Positions 9,766-18,810 of a stretch of 64,000 bases of DNA are shown here, piece by piece. The notes beneath the pieces are model-generated. The model worked only from the letters and a program-made list of their open reading frames with translations, was not told the origin of the DNA and ran no database searches. Origin of the DNA: an uncultured bacterium. Lineage in GTDB: Bacteria > AUK180. The translations under genes were made by a program, and so were the position numbers. The stretch covers positions 23,817 through 87,816 of the forward strand of contig CALMGJ010000014.1 in NCBI GenBank assembly GCA_937863565.1, in the 5' to 3' direction. The number at the start of each line of letters is the position of its first letter. Position 1 is the first letter of the stretch.

Positions 9766-10481
9766 CCACGCTTGAAGTTTTTGACGGTCCGCTGGCGCTT
9801 CTCGTTGAACTTACCAAGAAACACGAGATCAATATACTTAAGATCAGGATCGTCAAGATCATCGACGATTTCGTGACCTATGTGGAAGAAGCGAGGAAGA
9901 TCAATCTTTTCATAACGACAGAGTTCCTCTCAATGGCCACGTATCTTCTGCTTCTGAAATCCAAACTGCTCCTGCCCAAGACAGAGGAACAGGAAAAGGA
10001 GACGATCTCCGAGATCAATGAGCTTTTCGATACGATAAAAAAATATGAAATGCTCAAGGAAGCTGCCCAGGAAATGAAAACATATGCTTCGCTCCAGAGC
10101 AAGATGCATTTCCGCAATGAGCCCGACCTCTCCGGAAAACAATCGGATGAGATACCGTTCGACGAACTCGATTCATTTGTGCTGACGGAGAAACTCCTCG
10201 AGATCATAGACCGCAACAGGCGCCGCGAGGAGATAGTCAATATAGCCAGGGACCGCTTCAATCTTGACGACAAGATCAAGGAACTCGCTGAAATTTTCAA
10301 GAACACCCCGTACAGCGAATATTCCGTTCTGGCGGAAGGTAAGGAGCGCGGCGAAGCCGTAACTGTTTTCTTTGCGCTTCTCATAATGGCGAAAAGAGAG
10401 CTTCTGAACCTCATGCAGAAGGAGAATTTCGGGCCGATCTATATAAAGGCCAATATCGATGAAAAAAACTGGAAGGAATGA
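9762..10481 (+). CDS. scpA: Segregation and condensation protein A
   Basis: N-terminal FDGPLALLVELTKKHEINI pattern. ATGA overlap with trpS; followed by scpB. Confidence 0.75.
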   Translation: MTTLEVFDGPLALLVELTKKHEINILKIRIVKIIDDFVTYVEEARKINLFITTEFLSMATYLLLLKSKLLLPKTEEQEKETISEINELFDTIKKYEMLKEAAQEMKTYASLQSKMHFRNEPDLSGKQSDEIPFDELDSFVLTEKLLEIIDRNRRREEIVNIARDRFNLDDKIKELAEIFKNTPYSEYSVLAEGKERGEAVTVFFALLIMAKRELLNLMQKENFGPIYIKANIDEKNWKE

Positions 10482-10487
10482 CAATAG

Positions 10488-11072
10488 ATGAATAATGAAG
10501 ACCTCATGGGTATCAATAAAAAGAAAGTGGAGGCCATCATCTTCGTGGCGAACAAGCCCGTCGCTGCCGGAAGGATATCCAAGATCCTTGATATCCCGCC
10601 CGATGCGGTGGCCGAATGCGTGCTGAAACTCAACGAGGAGTATTTGAACTCTGACCGCAGCTTCTTCATTGAAGAGGTGGCAGAAGGATATATCTTCGCT
10701 ACTCGTCCCGAATATGACGACCCGATCCGGGCTTTCTACAATATTGTCCAGAAATATTCGTTGACGGACCTCAACCTTGAAGTGTTGGCGATAATCGCGT
10801 ACAATCAGCCCATCACGAAGATAGAGGTCGATGCGATCAGGGGCAATGTGGATTCCACTTTCCAGGTGAGAACACTCCTCGAAAAGGGTTTTATAAAGAT
10901 CACGGGGCGCAAGAAAGTCCCCGGCAGTCCCTTTCTGTACGGAACTACGAAGCAGTTCCTCACATACTTCGGGCTGAAGGAGCTGAATGACCTTCCTAAG
11001 GCCGATGAGATCAAAAAGGAATTCAAGATAGGCGGTGAGCATGAAGCTGATACGTTACCTGGCTTTGAATAA
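10488..11072 (+). CDS. scpB: Segregation and condensation protein B
   Basis: Winged-helix ScpB pattern (EAIIFVANKPV..., ITGRKKVPGSPFLYGTT). Confidence 0.8.
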   Translation: MNNEDLMGINKKKVEAIIFVANKPVAAGRISKILDIPPDAVAECVLKLNEEYLNSDRSFFIEEVAEGYIFATRPEYDDPIRAFYNIVQKYSLTDLNLEVLAIIAYNQPITKIEVDAIRGNVDSTFQVRTLLEKGFIKITGRKKVPGSPFLYGTTKQFLTYFGLKELNDLPKADEIKKEFKIGGEHEADTLPGFE

Positions 11073-11835
11073 TATAGCCGCTCGCCGGGAAGCGCTGGAA
11101 CTTATCAAAAGCGGTAAGGTCAGCGTGAACGGGAGCGCTGTTTTCGATGCGACTCTTCCGATAGACCCGGAGAAGGATATCGTGAAAGCCGGAGGAAGAA
11201 CGCTGCGCGGCACTCCTGAATTCTTCTATATACTGATGAATAAACCGGCGGGTTTCCTCACCGCCAGAAATGATGAGAAGAAAAGGCCGACGGTCTATGA
11301 TATCCTCTTCGACAAAAAACTTTTCAAGATCGCTGCAGCTGACCTTTGGCGCGGGAAGAACGAGGAGTTCATTTACAAGAAATATCTCGAGTTCAAGAAG
11401 ATGAACATAAATTATGCGGGCCGCCTCGATTTCAATACAAGCGGCGCTTTGATATTCTCCAATGACGGAGAGTTCATTCAGGATCTCATACATCCCTCGG
11501 CGGACATCCCGAAAACCTACAGAGTAAAAATATTCCGCCATCTGAACGAAAGAGAGATAGGCGTGTTCCAGAAGGCGGTTTATGTGGATATCGACGGGAA
11601 GAAGGTCAAGTTCAAGGCCGTTTTCAAACATATCCGGAAACTTCAATCCGACATGATCGTCGTGATCGACATCTTCTCGGGCGAGAACAGGATCATAAAA
11701 AGGGCTTTCCAGCAGATGGGGCATCCGGTCATTACGCTTTCACGGCTCAATATAGGGAAGATAGGGCTGAAGGGGCTTCCGCTCGGATTTTACAGGTTCC
11801 TTGAAAGACATGAGATAGCGGAGTATCTGAGATGA
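11035..11835 (+). CDS. Pseudouridine synthase, RsuA/RluB family, with an S4 domain
   Basis: S4-like N-terminus (LIRYLALNNIAARREALELIKSGKVSVNG) and catalytic motif GRLDFNTSGALIFSNDG. Confidence 0.8.
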   Translation: MSMKLIRYLALNNIAARREALELIKSGKVSVNGSAVFDATLPIDPEKDIVKAGGRTLRGTPEFFYILMNKPAGFLTARNDEKKRPTVYDILFDKKLFKIAAADLWRGKNEEFIYKKYLEFKKMNINYAGRLDFNTSGALIFSNDGEFIQDLIHPSADIPKTYRVKIFRHLNEREIGVFQKAVYVDIDGKKVKFKAVFKHIRKLQSDMIVVIDIFSGENRIIKRAFQQMGHPVITLSRLNIGKIGLKGLPLGFYRFLERHEIAEYLR

Positions 11836-12470
11836 TCGTTGCGATCGACGGACCTGCAGGCAGCGGAAAATCCACAGTGGCAAGACTCCTTGCCGCGCGT
11901 ATCGGCGTTCCTTATATCGATACCGGCGCGTATTACCGGTGTGTTACGCTTAAATATCTCGAGAACAAGGCTGCCGGGATGAGCGAACTGGCTGAGTTCG
12001 TGAAGAATTCCACAATAGAAATGCGCGGAAAGAACTTCTTCCTGAACTGCGAGGACGTAACGGAAAAGATAAGGAATAATGAGGTTTCACGGGCCACTTC
12101 CGTTGTCGCCGGCAGCAAAGAGATAAGGATCGAGATCAATAAGATACTCCGGAAAGAGGGTCTTAAGGGGGGCGCCGTTCTCGAAGGACGCGACATACAG
12201 ACGCTCGTATTCCCCGACGCGGATTTTAAATTTTTCTTGACGGCATCCGTTGAGGAAAGAACGCGGCGGCGGCAAAAAGAGCTGGAGATCAAGAATTGCC
12301 ACGTATCGCCGGACGATCTTGCCCGGGAGATCGTTGCCAGGGATAAAAATGACGAGAACCGTGATTTCGGCCCTCTGAAAAAGGCTTCAGATGCTCTGGA
12401 AATAGATACAACGGGTATGACGATCGAAGAAGTGGTTGAAAAACTGGCATCCATCGTATTAAAAAATTGA
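11832..12470 (+). CDS. cmk: Cytidylate kinase
   Basis: IVAIDGPAGSGKST P-loop with a downstream GRDIQT motif; cmk-rpsA neighbourhood. Confidence 0.9.
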   Translation: MIVAIDGPAGSGKSTVARLLAARIGVPYIDTGAYYRCVTLKYLENKAAGMSELAEFVKNSTIEMRGKNFFLNCEDVTEKIRNNEVSRATSVVAGSKEIRIEINKILRKEGLKGGAVLEGRDIQTLVFPDADFKFFLTASVEERTRRRQKELEIKNCHVSPDDLAREIVARDKNDENRDFGPLKKASDALEIDTTGMTIEEVVEKLASIVLKN

Positions 12471-12493
12471 TTTTTTTTTGTAAAGATGTTATA

Positions 12494-13129
12494 ATGAAAA
12501 GATTTAAGTATTATTTTTACCAGTTTACAGGTATTGTAATCAGGCTCTTTGTAAGAATTTTTTTGAACTTTCGGGTAATAACAAAGCACAAGCGGCTTCT
12601 GAAGCACACCGGCATACTTGTAGTGGCAAACCATCAGTCGCTGCTTGATCCCCCTCTTATAGGGGCGTATCTTTATGAGCTTTATGCTTCATACTTCGCC
12701 AAGGCCGAACTTTTCAAGGTCCCCGTTCTAAGAACAATCATAAGTCTACTAAACGCCTTTCCCGTCAAAAGAGGGGAATCGGACATTGAAAGTATCAGAA
12801 AAGCCATAGATACGCTCAATAATCGCGGCGTGCTGGTCATGTTCCCCGAAGGTACAAGAACTCTGGACGGTTCAATTCACCCATTTAAAAAAGGGGTAGG
12901 ATATTTAGTTGAGAAAACGAAATGCGCCGTTCAGCCGGTTTACATGGGCGGTTTTTTCAAGGTTTTCCCGAAATACGGAAGGAAACGGCTCAGGTATCCT
13001 TCGCGGATCGTGATAGGGCGCATGTTGAGCTACGAAGAGATCAATGCTCGTATCGGCACGGGCAACCGGCATGAAGAGATAGCTGACATCTTATTTGATG
13101 AGGTTAATAAATTAAGCTTGGAGGTTTAG
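12494..13129 (+). CDS. plsC: 1-acyl-sn-glycerol-3-phosphate acyltransferase
   Basis: Acyltransferase motifs NHQSLLDPP (HX4D) and FPEGTRT. ATG 12494 was chosen; the listed ORF begins at a TTG at 12467. Confidence 0.8.
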   Translation: MKRFKYYFYQFTGIVIRLFVRIFLNFRVITKHKRLLKHTGILVVANHQSLLDPPLIGAYLYELYASYFAKAELFKVPVLRTIISLLNAFPVKRGESDIESIRKAIDTLNNRGVLVMFPEGTRTLDGSIHPFKKGVGYLVEKTKCAVQPVYMGGFFKVFPKYGRKRLRYPSRIVIGRMLSYEEINARIGTGNRHEEIADILFDEVNKLSLEV

Positions 13130-13130
13130 T

Positions 13131-14855
13131 ATGGTAGGTGAGAGAAGCAATCCAAATCTCAAAAGAGGCAGGATCCTGGAGGTCACGGTCGTCCGCATAG
13201 CGGAAGAGTACATTTTCGTGACGAACGAGGTATCGAAATTTGACGGACAGATCGCTGTTTCGGAATTCAACGACAAAGAACTTAAAGCCCTTAAAGTTGG
13301 AACGACTCTCAAAGCGATGGTCTACGGCCGCGGTTCGGGAAGCATGGTGCTTTTTTCCAAGAAGGAAGCCGAAAAGATAGAGAACTGGACTTTAGCCAGG
13401 GATGCCTACAGGAATAAATTGTCCGTTATCGTCGAACTCTCAGAGTTCGGGAAATGTGATATTGAGGAGTTCAAGACCGGCAAAACAGTGACCGAGGAAG
13501 GTTATCTCGGAAGATACATAGATTTCGATGTCTTCATCCCCGAGCGGGAGATCTCCAGGGAACATACCGGCAAGAAAGATGTGAAAGGACTTCAGATACC
13601 CGTCAAGATCATCGGCCTGAGGGAGCGCAAGAAACTCATCATCGCATCCGAAAGACTCTATATCCACGGTGAACGCGCCAAGAAGATGAATGAACTTCTG
13701 ACGCATCTGGATATAGGTGTAGTGCTGGAAGGCAAGGTGGTGAGGATCAGCCAGAAGGACAAATTCTTCATTGTCGACCTTGAAGGGCTTAACGGCAAGC
13801 TCAAGTTCGAAAATGTTTCCTGGGACAGATATCAGAACCCCCTTGAGTTGATCAAGATAGGGAATGTGTTAAAGGTCGTTGTTATTGATTTTGACAAAGA
13901 GAGCAAAGAGATATGGCTTTCCATCAAGGACCTTTCGGACGATCCGTGGGAGAGGGTGGATGAATACTTCAAACCGGGCGATCCCGTGGGAGGCGCTGTT
14001 TACAGAATATTCGATTTCGGCGTAGTCATCGAACTGAACGAGAATTTCAGGGCCCTGATCCCGAATCAGGAATTGACGTTCACAAGGCTTAACAAGAATC
14101 CCGCTACGACGATCAAGAAAGGCGATCACCTTTCAGGCGTCATCAAGAATATCGATAAGGAGAACAGGAAGATTCTTGTTTCCATCCGGGATGAGATCCT
14201 GAAAAAATACAATATCGGCGATACGGTGAAAGGTCGTGTCGTCAAGGTCGAAAAATACGGAGCCTTCATCGAAATAGAAAAAGGTTTTACCGGTCTTCTT
14301 AAAGTGGAGGATATTTCCTGGAGCAATAAAAAGCAGGATGCCGCCTCACTTCTTGAACCGGATATGGAGATCACCGTCAAGATCCTTTCGATAGATAATG
14401 AGAAAAGACAGGTCGATTTCGGCCTGAAACAGATCGAGCCCGATCCGTGGGACACGATATCATCCAGATACCCGGAAGGGGCCAAGGTCAAAGGAACTGT
14501 TGTAAAAGTGATAGAAGCTGGTGCTTTCATTATGCTCGACGACTATGTGGACGCATTCCTCCATCTCTCCAAGATCCCGGTTTCCGAGGGTGGGGATTGG
14601 AAAGAGAAAGTAGCGCTCGATTCCGAGATCGAAGCAACGGTGATCTATGTCAATACGCGCGACAGAAAGATCCAGATATCGATGCTCGATGAAAAGATCG
14701 ATACGGATACGAAACGGCGCCGCGAAATTCCCCAGACCGAATATGTAGAGGAAAAGGAAGAATCCGTAACACTCGGCGATAACTTCTCGCCCGGTCTTCT
14801 CGAAGAGCTGAAGAAAAAAGCCGAAGAAAGGGAAAAGGACAAGAAAGAAGAATAA
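13131..14855 (+). CDS. rpsA: 30S ribosomal protein S1
   Basis: Six repeated S1/OB-fold units (e.g. GxVxxIxxxGAFIxL) and an acidic/lysine-rich C-terminal tail. The cmk-plsC-rpsA order fits. Confidence 0.9.
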   Translation: MVGERSNPNLKRGRILEVTVVRIAEEYIFVTNEVSKFDGQIAVSEFNDKELKALKVGTTLKAMVYGRGSGSMVLFSKKEAEKIENWTLARDAYRNKLSVIVELSEFGKCDIEEFKTGKTVTEEGYLGRYIDFDVFIPEREISREHTGKKDVKGLQIPVKIIGLRERKKLIIASERLYIHGERAKKMNELLTHLDIGVVLEGKVVRISQKDKFFIVDLEGLNGKLKFENVSWDRYQNPLELIKIGNVLKVVVIDFDKESKEIWLSIKDLSDDPWERVDEYFKPGDPVGGAVYRIFDFGVVIELNENFRALIPNQELTFTRLNKNPATTIKKGDHLSGVIKNIDKENRKILVSIRDEILKKYNIGDTVKGRVVKVEKYGAFIEIEKGFTGLLKVEDISWSNKKQDAASLLEPDMEITVKILSIDNEKRQVDFGLKQIEPDPWDTISSRYPEGAKVKGTVVKVIEAGAFIMLDDYVDAFLHLSKIPVSEGGDWKEKVALDSEIEATVIYVNTRDRKIQISMLDEKIDTDTKRRREIPQTEYVEEKEESVTLGDNFSPGLLEELKKKAEEREKDKKEE

Positions 14856-14861
14856 TTATCC

Positions 14862-15614
14862 ATGAAGGATGATTATATTTTAAAAGATGTAATGCTGAAC
14901 GGCAGGAACATTCTTGTCGCCGGCCTTTCAAAAACAAATCTTCCGGAAATACTCAAAGCCAAAATAGAAAGAAAAGAAGCGGTCTTCAGCGCTACTTTGA
15001 TCGACATCAACGGGGATCTGATCCTTAAGAAAAAGAAGGAGTTCGAGGACCTGGATACACATATCTCACTTCAATCCGCGGACCTGTGCGACTTGGCCTT
15101 TATGAAGGACAGCTCCTGCGACCTCATCGTGCTCGTATCAACTTTGGCCGCCCTGAACGAAAGGCCTTTAAAAGCCCTTCAGGGCATTGCCGAATCTAAA
15201 AGGGTGCTTAAACCGGAGGGAACGCTCATCATAAAAGAAAAGATATCCACTTTCGGCAATAACAGAGGCGAGTTCCTTTTCTATAACTGGTACAGGAGCA
15301 GGAAAAATATGATCTCGAACCTGTTCACGGAGAATCATAAGCTCTTCAAGGCGCATTTTTTCCTTGATGATCTGAGATTCGCGATACGGACAGTGAAGAT
15401 GAAGATCGAATCAGAAGAAATGCTGCCATCCGAACCCATTTCGGAAGCAGATAAAAAGAGGTTGCACGACGAATTCAGGAAATATCAGATCACCCGCACC
15501 CCTTTCTATGACAGCTTCATAGAGATGCTGGAGACGGAATATGACGAATTCAAGAGGAAGGAATCGTTCTATCCTCCGAATATCCTGATGAGATGCGTCC
15601 ACAACAACACCTGA
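14862..15614 (+). CDS. Hypothetical protein with a class I methyltransferase-like fold and a degenerate glycine loop
   Basis: ILVAGLSKT replaces VLDxGxGxG. DLIVLVSTL and RVLKPEGTLII resemble methyltransferase motifs II and post-II. Confidence 0.45.
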   Translation: MKDDYILKDVMLNGRNILVAGLSKTNLPEILKAKIERKEAVFSATLIDINGDLILKKKKEFEDLDTHISLQSADLCDLAFMKDSSCDLIVLVSTLAALNERPLKALQGIAESKRVLKPEGTLIIKEKISTFGNNRGEFLFYNWYRSRKNMISNLFTENHKLFKAHFFLDDLRFAIRTVKMKIESEEMLPSEPISEADKKRLHDEFRKYQITRTPFYDSFIEMLETEYDEFKRKESFYPPNILMRCVHNNT

Positions 15615-16546
15615 TAGAGATAATATCCGGTAAAGATATTCTGAAATTCTCAAAACTGTCCTCCTCTTCCGGAAAAAAGAAGATCTGCCTCATACCCTTC
15701 ATACTCAATGCCGGTCTTCCTTTCAATTATTCCGAATACCGAAAAGGCGAGAAATACGACAGGATCATCCTTTTTACCGACGGGCTGACCCCGGTTCATG
15801 CCGCCTCCTTTGCCGCCGCCCTCAAACCGGAGGGGCATCTGATATTCTGCGGCGCCATGCAGAGAAGTTACGCCCGTTCAACCGGGGGCCCTGTGATCGA
15901 GGAACTGAGAAGCATTCTTGCACAAATGTCCTTCACTTTGAAACGTTCTTATACGGGCAATGGAATTTGGGTGCTGCGTGCCACGGCCAAGAAAGAACAT
16001 ATAAAAAACGAGGACGAAAAGTATTCCGCCTTTCCATTCTCCCTCACGGACAGGGAAATTGTATCGGAGCATACGGAATTGCTGTTCGAACGCTGCGGGA
16101 TAGAAAAAACGGTAATTCTGTTCGACGGACTCCGGTTGAAAGAACGGCCGACAGTTGATCTGCGGAATATATTGGCCCTGAAAGGGGAACGCATAATGAC
16201 AGCTCCTTTTCTGGTGAACGGTCCCGAAATACACGAACTGAAAAAAGCATTCCGCATCCTTCTTGCGGGAGGCAATGAGCTCTTCATCCCCTTCATGAAG
16301 AAAAGCTATTTGAGCGCCGCGTTCGAGGGGAGATGCGTAAAGAACGGGAATGGATATCTGTATATGAGGGAATGCATTCCGGAGGAGGATGCAACGTACT
16401 GTTTCATAACAAGGAGGCAGGGAGCGAATAGTCAGCATGAAGCTGTTCTTCTGATGTATCGCCGGCCCGAAGAATTGCTGCCGCACCCCGTGCTTTTATC
16501 AGAGACCGAGTATTTCAATATATACGGCGTAAAACTCAAGGCATGA
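15593..16546 (+). CDS. Hypothetical protein with weak methyltransferase-fold-like features
   Basis: ALKPEGHLIFCG and DRIILFTDGL patterns. It overlaps the previous gene by 22 nt, and the start codon is uncertain. Confidence 0.4.
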   Translation: MRPQQHLIEIISGKDILKFSKLSSSSGKKKICLIPFILNAGLPFNYSEYRKGEKYDRIILFTDGLTPVHAASFAAALKPEGHLIFCGAMQRSYARSTGGPVIEELRSILAQMSFTLKRSYTGNGIWVLRATAKKEHIKNEDEKYSAFPFSLTDREIVSEHTELLFERCGIEKTVILFDGLRLKERPTVDLRNILALKGERIMTAPFLVNGPEIHELKKAFRILLAGGNELFIPFMKKSYLSAAFEGRCVKNGNGYLYMRECIPEEDATYCFITRRQGANSQHEAVLLMYRRPEELLPHPVLLSETEYFNIYGVKLKA

Positions 16547-16570
16547 AGCCGGGAGCCTGTTGGAAATCCA

Positions 16571-16599
16571 TTGATTTATTTCGGGAAAATATTTAAAAT
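16571..16599 (+). promoter_or_regulatory. Sigma70-like promoter candidate (TTGATT-17-TAAAAT) for the YHS-domain gene
   Basis: Hexamers read directly. GGAGG at 16608-16612 precedes the ATG at 16618. Confidence 0.4.
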
Positions 16600-16617
16600 A
16601 GCATTATGGAGGTGTTT

Positions 16618-16791
16618 ATGGCCAAGGATCCCGTCTGCAAAAAGGAAGTTAACGTAAAAGAAGCGAAATTCACAAGCCGTTATAAAGGCAGCACATACTA
16701 TTTCTGCACGGAGGAATGCAAGAAGGCATTTGACAAGGACCCGGAAAAATATCTGGCCGGCCACTGCTGCCGCTGCTGCGGCAGGCACTGA
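16618..16791 (+). CDS. YHS/TRASH-domain metal-binding protein with a Cys-rich C-terminal tail
   Basis: DPVCKKEV...YYFCTEECKKAF is the YHS pattern, and the tail is GHCCRCCGRH. ATG 16618 was preferred because the ATG at 16606 lies only 7 nt from the -10 candidate. Confidence 0.7.
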   Translation: MAKDPVCKKEVNVKEAKFTSRYKGSTYYFCTEECKKAFDKDPEKYLAGHCCRCCGRH

Positions 16792-16806
16792 AAAAAGCAT
16801 CAGAAA

Positions 16807-17304
16807 ATGGAACTACGAAAGAAGGATGTCTGGGATTTTACGGTTAAACCATTTGCCTCACTGGAAAAGCAATGGATGCTCATCGCGGCAGGCAGTAGGG
16901 GGGAGTTCAATTTTATGACGGCCGCTTGGGGCGGTTTCGGAGTACTCTGGAATCGTCCGGTCACGTATATATTCGTGCGGCCGACTCGTCATACATACGG
17001 TTTTTTGGAAAAGCATGACCGCTACAGCCTCTCGTTTTTCCAAGAGCGGCATAGAAAAGCATTGAATATCGCGGGAACGAGATCAGGAAGGGATATCGAT
17101 AAATTGAAGGCATGCGGGTTCACTGCCGCCTATCCCGATAATACACCGTCTTTCAATGAGGCATCGCTCATCATGACCAACCGGAAGATCTACTTCCAGG
17201 ATATTGACCCCGGACATTTTCTGGACAGTGCGATCGCAGACAATTATTCCCTGAAAGATTATCACCGCATGTATATAGGTGAGATCATCAGCATCTATTC
17301 ATGA
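16807..17304 (+). CDS. Flavin reductase-like (FMN-binding split-barrel) protein
   Basis: NFMTAAWGGFG motif and a size (165 aa) typical of the Flavin_Reduct family. Confidence 0.65.
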   Translation: MELRKKDVWDFTVKPFASLEKQWMLIAAGSRGEFNFMTAAWGGFGVLWNRPVTYIFVRPTRHTYGFLEKHDRYSLSFFQERHRKALNIAGTRSGRDIDKLKACGFTAAYPDNTPSFNEASLIMTNRKIYFQDIDPGHFLDSAIADNYSLKDYHRMYIGEIISIYS

Positions 17305-17320
17305 AAAGGAGGAATTGAAT

Positions 17321-17878
17321 ATGAAGATCAAGGCCATTCCCATGCTAATTGTCCTATCGGGAGCTCTCTTTCTTCTGTGCGGAAGCCGTACTGCTGCCCC
17401 TGCTTTCAGCACGCTCGAGGTTGTAAAAGATGTGGACCTGAACAGGTATCTCGGACTCTGGTACGAGATAGCCCGTCTCCCCATGTATTTTGAGAAGAAC
17501 CTTGTGGCAGTGACTGCTGAATATTCCCTGAGAAAGGATGGCAAGATCATGGTGAAGAACAGCGGCGATGTGAAGGTCATAGGCGGCAGAAGGAAGGTCG
17601 CTATCGGCCGGGCATGGGTCCCCGACCCTTCCGAATCCGCTAAATTGAAAGTATCTTTTTTCGGGCCGTTCTCGGCTGACTACTGGATCATCGAACTTGA
17701 TACGGAAGAATATTCATACGCTGTTGTCGGCGAGCCCGACAGAAAATATTTCTGGATACTGTCAAGAACGCCCGTTATGGATGAGATGCTTTATTCGGAA
17801 ATCGTTGCGCGCGCGGCGGAAAAGGGCTTTGACGTTTCCCGATTATACTGCACACCGCAGAGCGGAAAGGATGAGTAA
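17321..17878 (+). CDS. blc: Bacterial lipocalin (Blc-like outer-membrane lipoprotein)
   Basis: YLGLWYEIARLP lipocalin signature, a signal peptide with LLCGS, and AAAGGAGG upstream of ATG 17321. Confidence 0.8.
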   Translation: MKIKAIPMLIVLSGALFLLCGSRTAAPAFSTLEVVKDVDLNRYLGLWYEIARLPMYFEKNLVAVTAEYSLRKDGKIMVKNSGDVKVIGGRRKVAIGRAWVPDPSESAKLKVSFFGPFSADYWIIELDTEEYSYAVVGEPDRKYFWILSRTPVMDEMLYSEIVARAAEKGFDVSRLYCTPQSGKDE

Positions 17879-18191
17879 TACCCTGAACCTCTTCAAGGCC
17901 TTGGGAGACCAATCAAGGTTGCGGATCATCAATCTTTTGGTCCATAACAATCTGTGCGTCCACGATATTCAGTACCTTCTTAAGATGTCGCAGCCCCGCG
18001 TATCCCGGCATCTCAAGATACTCACGGCTTCCCAGGTGCTGACGAAGGTCCGTCAGGGTAAGTGGGCTTTTTTCGGGATAAACAGAAAAACGCTCAATGC
18101 TGCGATGATGAAGATCCTTGAAAAATCATTTTCTGATATCATTTACCTGAGGGACCTGGAAAATCTTGACAAGCTGCTCAAAAGCAACTGA
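17871..18191 (+). CDS. ArsR/SmtB-family transcriptional regulator
   Basis: LFKALGDQSRLRIINLL ... MSQPRVSRHLKIL helix-turn-helix. ATG 17871 overlaps the blc stop; the upstream part of the listed ORF lies inside blc. Confidence 0.8.
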   Translation: MSNTLNLFKALGDQSRLRIINLLVHNNLCVHDIQYLLKMSQPRVSRHLKILTASQVLTKVRQGKWAFFGINRKTLNAAMMKILEKSFSDIIYLRDLENLDKLLKSN

Positions 18192-18740
18192 TCAGGAGAA
18201 AAGTACCTCATAGACCGCTTTTCTGGAATTGCGGTCGTAAGTGTATGCGATGCGGGGATTCCGAGCGCTGGTCATTTCCACTATACCCATTATATAACCG
18301 GACATGCGTTCGAACAGTATGGGGAAGTTATTGATGTTCTGAATCTCGAGTATAAAATCCCCCTTATTCTGTTTGACGACTTTCATTTCACCGAAATTAT
18401 ATAGCTGGCTGTAAATGGCCGCCGCCTTCTTTACAACATATTCGGGAGTGGCCACCTTAATGAAGATCCTGTATATCGATTTCATGTTCTTTTTGGCGCC
18501 TTCTTTCGTCATATCGTACAGTATCTTGAAATTACCGCCTCCGAACATCTGAACGATCTTTTCGTTCACTTCAATGAATCCGTCAATAGGATACCAGTTC
18601 CCAGAGAAGATCGTCCCGTCCGCGATATCGTTTTTGATATCGTCCTTCATAGCCGCGACGAGTTCGCGCCATTTTTCCATGCCGTATTTCTCCACCACCC
18701 ACTCTTCCGTGTTCTTTAATAAAGTTCCCTTGACTTCCAT
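18192..18740 (-). CDS. Hypothetical 182-aa protein, H-NOX/V4R/DUF2378-like, without histidine (paralog A)
   Basis: M-VKG...EKYG...W opening as in H-NOX-type domains, and no His residue at all. It is clearly paralogous to 20479-21027 (shared WY, FG, NxPIxFER, GI, VYxVLF blocks). Confidence 0.6.
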   Translation of the reverse strand: MEVKGTLLKNTEEWVVEKYGMEKWRELVAAMKDDIKNDIADGTIFSGNWYPIDGFIEVNEKIVQMFGGGNFKILYDMTKEGAKKNMKSIYRIFIKVATPEYVVKKAAAIYSQLYNFGEMKVVKQNKGDFILEIQNINNFPILFERMSGYIMGIVEMTSARNPRIAYTYDRNSRKAVYEVLFS

Positions 18741-18756
18741 ACGTTCTCCTTGCCTG

Positions 18757-18784
18757 ATTATATATTAAAAACGCAAAAATTCAA
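18757..18784 (-). promoter_or_regulatory. Sigma70-like promoter candidate (TTGAAT-16-TATAAT on the minus strand) for paralog A
   Basis: Hexamers read on the reverse complement. AAGGAGA lies before the ATG at 18740. Confidence 0.4.
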
Positions 18785-18810
18785 AATATTATTGAATGTA
18801 TTAAAATATA

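Noticed and set aside
10173-11724. Two long minus-strand ORFs (289 aa and 233 aa) opposite scpA, scpB and the pseudouridine synthase gene.
   Set aside because: They are shadow ORFs antisense to well-supported genes. They have no Shine-Dalgarno sequence, no motifs and an implausible composition.
17697-17870. The upstream extension of the ArsR-family ORF. The same applies to the extensions at 17279-17320 (blc), 21288-21305 (dsbD), 42067-42102 and 44537-44581.
   Set aside because: Internal ATGs with better Shine-Dalgarno or promoter geometry coincide with the onset of the recognisable domain or signal peptide. The extensions overlap upstream genes or promoter elements.
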